From a virus (Duplodnaviria > Caudoviricetes), in the IMG/VR virus record IMGVR_UViG_3300006734_000009, positions 1 to 55,362 of that record: a DNA stretch of 55,362 bases. The stretch is one strand, 5' to 3'. Numbering within the stretch: the stretch's first letter is position 1; the number at the start of each line of letters is the position of its first letter. The notes below the pieces were generated by a model. The model was given only the letters and a program-made list of their open reading frames with translations. It made no database searches and had not been told where the DNA came from. The translations under genes were made by a program, and so were the position numbers. Below are positions 16,003-24,134 of the stretch, piece by piece.

Positions 16003-16602
16003 ATGGTAGAAGAAATTACTGATGAAAAGTGGCAGGCATGGACGAACGCAGTTTTGGAATGGGGAGAGGATTATGATTCTCACCTTGAAACTCTTGAAAA
16101 TGCACCCGAAGGTCAATTTGACATTGACGCTGAGGAGATGGAAGATAACTGGGATAGCATCCAAAAAGACATTGGCCGTGGAAACCGACAACCACACCGA
16201 CGCAACAAACTCAAGGATAGAATCCAAAAGGCAGGAAACGAATTCCCCAATTGGCCTCATCGTCGTGGTGCAGGTTCCTCTTTGTCTGTTGAACAACAAG
16301 CCGCACTTGAAAAGGTTGAAGCAATTGCTCAACTTGAGGCAAAGGCTCGCTATCAAGTGTATGTGGAAAACAACGCAACCCATCTTTTGGTGAAGCGTGC
16401 TTCAAGTGCAAACAAGACCGAAGGTGTTGCCTACGAAAATGAGGCTGAATTCGTTGAGGCGCAGGTGAAATCCGTCAAGGCTCAATACCGTGGATTCCTT
16501 CGGGATGGTATTTGGGGCCAAACGGACGAAGAAGGAAACACCCTTCCGTTTGCCTTTGAACAGCCAATCGTTCGCCCGATTCCCACGAAGAAGGAGGACT
16601 GA
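16003..16602 (+). CDS. Putative early protein, unknown function
   Basis: Start MVEEIT after GGAG SD and the repeated promoter. Confidence 0.75.
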   Translation: MVEEITDEKWQAWTNAVLEWGEDYDSHLETLENAPEGQFDIDAEEMEDNWDSIQKDIGRGNRQPHRRNKLKDRIQKAGNEFPNWPHRRGAGSSLSVEQQAALEKVEAIAQLEAKARYQVYVENNATHLLVKRASSANKTEGVAYENEAEFVEAQVKSVKAQYRGFLRDGIWGQTDEEGNTLPFAFEQPIVRPIPTKKED

Positions 16603-16743
16603 GGTTGCTCAACCGGTTCTTTGACGATGATGACGATTGATTTCGTTTGAGTCAAGGCCACACATTCAATGATAGAAAGTGCGAAGAGAACTCACTTTCT
16701 TGAGAACATGACATTCTCACCACGCAGGTTTTGTGTCCTGCGA

Positions 16744-16812
16744 TTTTACCGGTCTCTTAGCGGGGGTTTCGGTCATACCGGTAAAAAAATCAAAAAACAC
16801 AATTTTTTTTTT
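16744..16812 (+). terminator. Inverted repeat plus T-run, likely terminator
   Basis: TTTTACCGGT...ACCGGTAAAA followed by T10. Confidence 0.5.
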
Positions 16813-16986
16813 GAGGTTGCCGCATACAAATTACGCTTCTCCAACCATATGGTCATGCGAAAGCATATTATGGCCGCAGGAGGTGAACGGGTGTTCTACG
16901 ACGACGATGAGTGATGTCTTGTTTAACACTTTTCCGTTACCATATGGTTGGGAGCAAAGGCGTAAATTTGTGTAGTATAACGCTCA

Positions 16987-17042
16987 CACCTTATATACTC
17001 AAAATTACACCATCAAATGCCCCAAAAGGGCAGGAGAAAGAA
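16987..17042 (+). promoter_or_regulatory. Early promoter/leader, copy 2
   Basis: CACCTTATATACTCAA...ATCAAATGCCCAAAAGGGCAGGAGAAA. Confidence 0.7.
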
Positions 17043-17429
17043 ATGCAGAACACAACTGAAGCATACGAGCGAATTGTTGCTAAGGCCACCGCCTTCATCA
17101 ACAACGACATGAACGACCCCGAAACCGTGGAGGATGTGAGATACACCCTCGGACGATTCACCGAAGCATTGGAAGCCCAAAACGATGCTCGTGCCGTCCG
17201 CCTCGGAGAATCCCTTCAACGCCTCACGAAGGGAACCCGAATTTCCATCACCCTTCACCCCTCGGAAAAGGAGGACTGTGCGTTCCACGCAGAAAGCCTC
17301 AACGCACTTTTCGAGCGATTCCCGACCCTCAGCATCCCAAGGGAGCATTCGCTTGAGAAATTCACCATCGCCTTGGAGAAGGCCTTCATTGACAACAAGA
17401 AGGAAGCGGCGAAGGAGGGCTCAAACTGA
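17043..17429 (+). CDS. Putative early protein, GC3-rich
   Basis: Start MQNTTE after SD; codons visibly rich in C/G endings. Confidence 0.75.
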   Translation: MQNTTEAYERIVAKATAFINNDMNDPETVEDVRYTLGRFTEALEAQNDARAVRLGESLQRLTKGTRISITLHPSEKEDCAFHAESLNALFERFPTLSIPREHSLEKFTIALEKAFIDNKKEAAKEGSN

Positions 17430-17473
17430 GTCGTCGGGATGACGACGAGTGAGGATTAGGCCCCTCACGCCCC

Positions 17474-17520
17474 GGACTCTCCCCCAATGGGCAAGGGGGA
17501 GGGTCCACTTGGGGTTTTTT
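17474..17520 (+). terminator. GC-rich hairpin plus T-run
   Basis: GGACTCTCCCCC-AATGGGCAA-GGGGGAGGGTCC then GGGGTTTTTT. Confidence 0.6.
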
Positions 17521-17607
17521 CGCTACACAAATTTTCGCTTACGCATAATTGCCACCATATGGTAGGAGATAATTTGCATCTACACCTCATATTCTAAACG
17601 CCCAAGA

Positions 17608-18532
17608 TTGAATATGTTCTGGAGTAAAAAGCCGACATTTACCATTAAAGTGAAGCAAAACCGATACGAACGATTCATCATTGATGAATTGCGTATCTCA
17701 AATATCAGTGAGGAAAACCTCGCTGATACTCTCATGCGTGCTATCGCTGAGATTGAACAACAATTGAACACCCTAAACGGAGAGGACTGAAATGAACAAA
17801 GAAGAATTAATTGAACTTTTGCAGTTTGTCATTAAAGCATTGGAAGCAACCGAAGATGACTGTAAAATTGACCAATACCAACAAACACTTGATACCTTGA
17901 GAGGTGAAGAAGAATGAAAGCATACCGATGTCCTAACTGTGAAGAAACCGACTACATGAAATCCGTGGAAGAAGAGGTTCACTACTACGACATTCACCCC
18001 AATGAAGATGGTGAAAAAACCTACACAGGATATTCCGATGTTGCTGATAGTAGCATTGATTTTATTTTGTGCTTGAACTGTGGTGCAGATTTTCGTGAGT
18101 CCCAATTGCCCGATATGGTCGTTGATATGGAGGAAGAAGAATGAGTCAAAAAATCTGTTTTATTTGCAAGGCCCCGGTTTCAAACAACATCAAATCTGCA
18201 ACCTGCAACAAATTGGACTGTCAGCACAAATACTCAGTCCAGCACGACACATGGAAGAAAATCCAAATGGATTACCTTTACGGTATTACTTATGAACCAG
18301 CAGGTGATGAAGAATGATTTCCCACGACGCATTTATGGGCATGACTGATGAACATTGGACAATGGAACAGCAGTTAGTTTTCCTCGCTGAAAACCAAGAT
18401 TGGTGCGACTTGTTCTTCAAAGTCATTCAAGAACAATGGGAAGCCATCGGAGACACAATGGAGATTTCGTGCATTCAAGCCTTCGCTGACCAAAAAGGTT
18501 TGAAACTCACATTGTTTGAAGACCCGGAGTGA
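17608..18532 (+). CDS. Chain of five small ORFs (17608-17790, 17792-17917, 17914-18144 Zn ribbon, 18141-18317 Zn finger, 18314-18532)
   Basis: Closely spaced, mostly ATGA-coupled ORFs with SD motifs; CPNC..CLNC and CFIC..CNKLDC. Confidence 0.6.
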
Positions 18533-19131
18533 TGATATGAAATACAATCTTTACTACGGTATACGATTAGTTGCATCGTATGACTCTTTGCAGGAAGCGA
18601 GAGAAGCAAAGAGAAAATTGCACTCACCCCTGTCGGCTTCAATTTTTTATTGTGGTCGTCATGTGGGATGATTGGGCGGAGGGTGGTTTGTGTGGTCGGT
18701 TTAAATCTAATTCGTTAGACTATGCCGAGCCCGAAATACCGGGTTCTTTGTTGCCACCGCTTCAAGGAAGCAAATGAACAAAGAAATTAGTTAAGGGGGA
18801 AAGTCCCACTCACAAGCAGTATTTGGTTTGTGAAAAAAAATACCGACATCGTTAGTAATGCGGGGCTAGACTATCGTTAATTACCGGGTGGGTGAGAGGC
18901 CTACATTTCATATTCCTTACGGAATGCGGTTTGCCAATAATAAAGGATAAAGTTTGACTCCAACCGGTCAAAGGGGGTTTCTTGGGTTTTTGTTCCTCCT
19001 TTCCTTTCCCGCATTTCGTAGGAATTTTGAAAATTTTTTTGTTGAGGTTCTCTACAAATTATACAACCATATGGTAACTTTGGTAGCCAAAAAAACATAA
19101 CCACCAATCTGTTTTTGTGCAACTTTTCCAT

Positions 19132-19145
19132 AAATATTTATATAG
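19132..19145 (+). promoter_or_regulatory. Putative late promoter (AAATATTTATATAG)
   Basis: Identical 14-mer at 48054 upstream of the protease/MCP operon. Confidence 0.55.
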
Positions 19146-19258
19146 AATAAGTCCCAAGTTCATTTTGAGGCCCCAAAACCGATACAAACTTAAAAAACCT
19201 TACCAAAAGGCGGCCAAAACTGAAAAAAAGTGAGCAAAACGCGCCCGGAAGTGAAAAA

Positions 19259-20077
19259 ATGTGGTTCAATGTGCTAAAAACTGAGGAAAGGCGGGCCGCC
19301 TACCAAGATTTTCTTAATGCACTTGGGTTGGGGCCGGATGATGACCTGCTGGACACCTCTAAATTGGGCGAGGTTGAAACATATTATCCGAATAACCCAT
19401 CCCCTGTTGCTTTAACAATCCCTGTTGAACCCGGCCAATACATTTATAGATTTTTTTATTCCATTTATAAAGATGAAGTTAGCCTAATAGTTTCAAACCA
19501 ATACGAGCCCTACGAAGATTTCGTATTTAACCTCTTCAAGGAGGAATACCCCCGAGCCTTCTCAACTATACAAAGAATGTTCCTTGAAAAGAAACAAGAA
19601 ATTGAAGAAGAACAAATCAAAAATAACCAAATGTTAAAATTCCAACGATACATGAAGGACGGCTACAATGTTTCCGCCCGTGACATTACTATTAGGCCGG
19701 ATGGACTCTCACCATCTCGGGTCCATATTCAACACTTATTAGTAGAATCCCAAGAATACCTAAGAAAGAGAAGTCCTACCATGAATGTTTTACGAATGCC
19801 TATGAAGAGTTATTACATAGATAAATTTCTAGCGTCCCTACAAAATAATGATTATGATACTTCTCTCGCAGAATTAGTTGAAACGATACATGAAGTATTC
19901 AACCATAGTGGGGGTTCAGTTCATACCCTAATGAATACTGGAACACGAGAAGATTATTATTTAGATTTAATAGAACGCTTACGATATAGGGGATTGATTA
20001 GTCTTAAAAAAGATATGCTACTGTTGTTAGCACTGAAAGAAGAAGAGGATGATGATTTATCAAGTTTATTTGCTTAA
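19259..20077 (+). CDS. WxxhhK-motif protein, paralog family A
   Basis: MWFNVLKTEERRAAY...LFKEEYPR, shared with 20499 and 22871. Confidence 0.7.
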   Translation: MWFNVLKTEERRAAYQDFLNALGLGPDDDLLDTSKLGEVETYYPNNPSPVALTIPVEPGQYIYRFFYSIYKDEVSLIVSNQYEPYEDFVFNLFKEEYPRAFSTIQRMFLEKKQEIEEEQIKNNQMLKFQRYMKDGYNVSARDITIRPDGLSPSRVHIQHLLVESQEYLRKRSPTMNVLRMPMKSYYIDKFLASLQNNDYDTSLAELVETIHEVFNHSGGSVHTLMNTGTREDYYLDLIERLRYRGLISLKKDMLLLLALKEEEDDDLSSLFA

Positions 20078-20167
20078 AGTTCTGTGGGAATAAAAACAAA
20101 AAAGAAAAAAAAATTTCGCAAGTGGCAAAAAAATTCCGGGGCAATTTTTGAAAAGGGGGGTGCAATT

Positions 20168-20494
20168 ATGGGTTGGGAAGAACTACTAAAGAGAGCATAT
20201 GGGAAAATAAGTGAGGCGGATAAGAGGTTAGTAAATTACATTTTGCGTGATGGTGAGTTTAGAACCATTGAAGCAATCATGGATGAAGCATACGATTTAA
20301 TACAAGAAAATAAAAAATTAGGTGATAAAAAAGTTAGTAGAATGGAAGGGAGGCCCCGCCATACCAAATTTGCACAGGGCAGGAGAGCGATACAAGGTTA
20401 TATGCAACTTTCGCCTAATCACGAGGTTAGAGAGACAGAAATAAAACTCCCCAGTGGAAAAGCCGTAAAAGAATATAGATACATCGGAGAATGA
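20168..20494 (+). CDS. WxxhhK-motif winged-helix-like protein
   Basis: MGWEELLKR; ILRDGEFRTIEAIMDE resembles the 9375 protein. Confidence 0.65.
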   Translation: MGWEELLKRAYGKISEADKRLVNYILRDGEFRTIEAIMDEAYDLIQENKKLGDKKVSRMEGRPRHTKFAQGRRAIQGYMQLSPNHEVRETEIKLPSGKAVKEYRYIGE

Positions 20495-20498
20495 GGTT

Positions 20499-21299
20499 AT
20501 GGGTTGGTGGTCAATAGTAAAATCCTCCCGTGAGGAAGCCTACGATAAATTCATAGAAGAGTTTGGTCCGGGGGTAAAATTAGACTCCTTAAAATTATCC
20601 GAGGATGAACAAGACAATATATATCTACCGGGAGATAAATGGTATATTAAATTAGAAGAGGGTAAAATATCATTTCGCTCTAGGCTTGGACACGAAGCAT
20701 TCGTTGAAGGAATGTTTAAGGAGGAATACCCGGAAAGGTATCAAGAATTATTGGAAATGGTTAATGGGGCCCCACTTACCACAAACCACGAAATTCCCCT
20801 AGATGTAATAAACAGATATTTAGAGTGTATGAAGCAAATTCAAAAATATCTTGTTGATGTGATTGCAAACGAATATAGTGATAACACCCTCAGTAAAAGA
20901 GATGTGATGATGGCTCTTGCCCTTTACGGAGCCGATAATATCTCTCCAACTTCTATTAGTAGACTAATTGATATGGGATTAGCAAGTAAAACATATGGTC
21001 CCGATTTAAATTTAGAGGGAGGTGAGGGGTTGCATGTTATGGTTCATTCAATCGCTACGGTCGTGTCAAATAGAACATTAAACCACCCCTTCGTTCAAGA
21101 GTTAAAGCCGAGTGACGAGGCCCACTTCCGAGAACGATTACAATTAGCATATTATGACTTATATGGGTGGGGAATTTCAGACAACGACTTTAGTAATCCG
21201 GTGTTTTACTCTGCTTCACATCTAGCAGACCAAATAGATTATGTAATAAAAATATTATCCGGTATTTACCAAAGGGTTATGATAGAACGGAGAGGGTGA
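20499..21299 (+). CDS. WxxhhK-motif protein, paralog family A
   Basis: MGWWSIVKSSREEAYDKFIEEFGPG...GMFKEEYPER. Confidence 0.7.
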   Translation: MGWWSIVKSSREEAYDKFIEEFGPGVKLDSLKLSEDEQDNIYLPGDKWYIKLEEGKISFRSRLGHEAFVEGMFKEEYPERYQELLEMVNGAPLTTNHEIPLDVINRYLECMKQIQKYLVDVIANEYSDNTLSKRDVMMALALYGADNISPTSISRLIDMGLASKTYGPDLNLEGGEGLHVMVHSIATVVSNRTLNHPFVQELKPSDEAHFRERLQLAYYDLYGWGISDNDFSNPVFYSASHLADQIDYVIKILSGIYQRVMIERRG

Positions 21300-21303
21300 G
21301 ATT

Positions 21304-22077
21304 ATGGGTTGGGAAAATAATATTAAAAAACAAACTAGATTTGATACTAGTTTTGATGAAGTCGTAGAGGCTTTTGAAAAGGTCACATCACATCCTAATT
21401 TTAAACACGATGAAAGTTTTTACTGGTCAGTATACGACTCTGCAAGACAGGTTTATTTACGGGTCGCTGACGGCTCACCACTTTTGGAAGCCATTAGGGA
21501 TGTTTATGGACTTGATAATGAATCGGGACGATTTGGTTTTCGTGATAGGAAGGAACAAATACTCCACTATTTAAAGCAAGACTTAGAAACACTGGCAAAA
21601 GTAAGGTCGGAGAGGTGGCTTGAAACCATTATGGGGACTTACTCGGATAGGATTACTAATCCAGAAATTCGTAAGGCCCAATTAAAATTTGGATACGATG
21701 GACTTAACTACCGTATTGGGAGGGCACTCATAAGAATAACAAACGGAAGATTCCGAATAGATATTTGTGTTCTTCCCGCAGATGATACGCTACCCTTCCA
21801 TGACCACGCCGCTAATGTCTTCTTGGCTATTCTAAACTCCCCCGAAGGATTAGATGTGTTAAACTTCGGAATAGGATTAGCAAACATCCTTAAAAGTAGT
21901 AATTATAATACACAGGTTTCTATATTTAGCCCGTTCAATAAAAAGAATAACGAAAACACGGATTTTACGTATTTTTTAAAAGAATTTAAATTAAGAGATG
22001 TAACTTATCCGCTATTATACGAGAAGATTAATGAACTATACAAAGAAATATTTGGCAAATACTGGGAGGACTCGTGA
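21304..22077 (+). CDS. WxxhhK-motif protein, paralog family B (E2-like Cys domain)
   Basis: KVTSHPNF; DICVLPADDTLPFHDHAA; IFSPF..N..F. Confidence 0.7.
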   Translation: MGWENNIKKQTRFDTSFDEVVEAFEKVTSHPNFKHDESFYWSVYDSARQVYLRVADGSPLLEAIRDVYGLDNESGRFGFRDRKEQILHYLKQDLETLAKVRSERWLETIMGTYSDRITNPEIRKAQLKFGYDGLNYRIGRALIRITNGRFRIDICVLPADDTLPFHDHAANVFLAILNSPEGLDVLNFGIGLANILKSSNYNTQVSIFSPFNKKNNENTDFTYFLKEFKLRDVTYPLLYEKINELYKEIFGKYWEDS

Positions 22078-22874
22078 TGTGGTGGAGTATAATTAAAGAC
22101 GATAGATTTAATAGATTTTTATTGAAAGCAATTGAGCGTGTTTATGAAAAACTTAGTAAGATAACTTCCCACCCCGATTTTAACCTTGAAGCGTTCAATG
22201 AAAGGGCGAACGACTACGCTAAAACCACCTTTAAACAATTTGATGAAACATCTAATGAGGCTGAGTTCACAGAAAAAATGGTTTCTATTTATGGTGAAAG
22301 TCGTTTTACAAATACACAATTAGTAGCGGCAATAAATGACATTTTCCAAGAACACCGATTACTAACTGGTAATAGAAGTATGCTGGTATTACAAGGTATG
22401 GCTTCCGACTTAAATATAGATATAGAGATTGATACCAAAAATTACCCTCGTCAACCCTACACGGTTAATTTTTCCTACGGTGGTCTTGACTATAAAATGC
22501 ACGATGGTGGTCTAAATATTTATGTGGACAACGCCAAAATTTGGGTCTGCATAGGAGATACGGCCAAACTTCCAATAGGTGATTTTTACGCTAGTATGTT
22601 GGGTCTCCTTAAAAACGACCCAGCAAGAATTCCTACTTTGGAATTCGGCATTAAACTTGCCGATATTTTAAAAACACACATGAGTAGTATTAAAACCTAT
22701 TATCCTAATTCTTTATTTCTTGAAATTCACACACCCTTCATGGCTGACGAACCGGTTAATGAAGAGTTTCAATTTTTTATCCAAAAACTAAAAAGAAACA
22801 TGAGAAAGGATATTTTAGACGAAATTAAGCAGGCCCTCAAAGAAACTGTTGGGAACGATGGGGGTTTCTTTTGA
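22074..22874 (+). CDS. WxxhhK-motif protein, paralog family B (E2-like Cys domain)
   Basis: KITSHPDF; RSMLVL; VCIGDTAKLPIGDFYASMLGLLKND. Confidence 0.7.
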   Translation: MMWWSIIKDDRFNRFLLKAIERVYEKLSKITSHPDFNLEAFNERANDYAKTTFKQFDETSNEAEFTEKMVSIYGESRFTNTQLVAAINDIFQEHRLLTGNRSMLVLQGMASDLNIDIEIDTKNYPRQPYTVNFSYGGLDYKMHDGGLNIYVDNAKIWVCIGDTAKLPIGDFYASMLGLLKNDPARIPTLEFGIKLADILKTHMSSIKTYYPNSLFLEIHTPFMADEPVNEEFQFFIQKLKRNMRKDILDEIKQALKETVGNDGGFF

Positions 22875-23170
22875 TGTGGTGGGAAATATTGAAGTCTACC
22901 CGTGAGGAGGCCTACTCTAACTTCGTGGAACAATTTGGTCCGGGGACGAATCCCGAAGATTGGGGGAGTCAATTTACAACTCTAATTGTGGCTGGTGGGT
23001 GGGTGCTTGGTTTAGATAATTCAGGTGATATTTTGCTAGGAAGCGATATGGAATATAAACCCCACAGGGATTTTGTTTTAGGTATGTTCGGGGAAGAATA
23101 CCCCGAAAGATTAGAAGAAATACGGGCAATCTTAGAAAAAAAGGTTCACGAGGAACCCAAAGAAATATAA
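22871..23170 (+). CDS. WxxhhK-motif protein, short family A paralog
   Basis: WWEILKSTREEAYSNFVEQFGPG...GMFGEEYPER. Confidence 0.65.
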   Translation: MMWWEILKSTREEAYSNFVEQFGPGTNPEDWGSQFTTLIVAGGWVLGLDNSGDILLGSDMEYKPHRDFVLGMFGEEYPERLEEIRAILEKKVHEEPKEI

Positions 23171-23219
23171 AGAATGCCCTAGATGGACATTCCATAGACG
23201 ACTACAAAATTGTGAGGGT

Positions 23220-24134
23220 ATGACGATGTGGGAAGTTATAGTTAAGGACGACATTGAAGATACCCCTTATTATACTCTATTTGAGGAATTTGCAGCCGCT
23301 TACGAAAATCTAACAAAACACCCGAGTTTTTCCAAAAAAATGCTTGATGAAAATTATAGTGAAGAATTTTGGGGCTTTCCTCACCCCTATTACAGTTTCT
23401 TTTCTAGCATTTATGAGGAGTTTGGAGACACCGCCCCCACCGCTTTTGATTTTACTCCCAGTGATATGAAACAGTGGCTTATTGATAAAGAAGTTTCGAT
23501 GGGCCTACCTCGCGACCAGTATGCGCTACAACCACACCATAGTTTTTTACAGAAAGCGATAAGATTTTTACAACGAACCTACGGGGATTTAGCCAAAATT
23601 AGAAGTCTTACTGTGTTAAGAGGTATGGCTGAATCAATGGGTAAGACCATTACAATTAAAGATTCCGATGTAGACTATAGAATAGAAGTTGATTTTTCAC
23701 ACGAAGGGTTAGATTTCACACTAAGGCAAGGTCGCCTACATGTTAAAACTCAACAGGGAATCACACTAGTAGTTTGCGTGGTGGATGAAAGGGAACTACC
23801 CGTGGGGGATTATTTAGCCTCCCTATTAGGTTTAGTCGTCGCAAAACCCGAACAAATCCCCACCGTAGAGTTCTCTATTGAGTTTGCTAAACTCATTAAC
23901 AAAAATCCGGGTATAAATTGGGGGGGTTTGCTCCCCGAGGACTGGACCGAAGATAAGAACGATGTTATCGGTATTTTTACTCCCTTTGAAAGAGACAACG
24001 ACGAAAACTCAGATTTCGGACATATGCTTTACGAATTTTATGACTATGCAGTTGGGCAAACAAACCCGACCGCATACATGGAATTAGAGAAACTATTGAC
24101 CCGTATATTTGGAAGGGAGGCGTGGTTTGAATGA
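23220..24134 (+). CDS. WxxhhK-motif protein, paralog family B (E2-like Cys domain)
   Basis: LTKHPSF; RSLTVL; VCVVDERELPVGDYLASLLGL. Confidence 0.7.
   Translation: MTMWEVIVKDDIEDTPYYTLFEEFAAAYENLTKHPSFSKKMLDENYSEEFWGFPHPYYSFFSSIYEEFGDTAPTAFDFTPSDMKQWLIDKEVSMGLPRDQYALQPHHSFLQKAIRFLQRTYGDLAKIRSLTVLRGMAESMGKTITIKDSDVDYRIEVDFSHEGLDFTLRQGRLHVKTQQGITLVVCVVDERELPVGDYLASLLGLVVAKPEQIPTVEFSIEFAKLINKNPGINWGGLLPEDWTEDKNDVIGIFTPFERDNDENSDFGHMLYEFYDYAVGQTNPTAYMELEKLLTRIFGREAWFE

Larger units (their letters stand above)
15910..19075. repeat. Five dispersed ACCATATGGT palindromes
   Basis: Copies at 15910, 16844, 16939, 17554, 19066, all intergenic. Confidence 0.85.
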
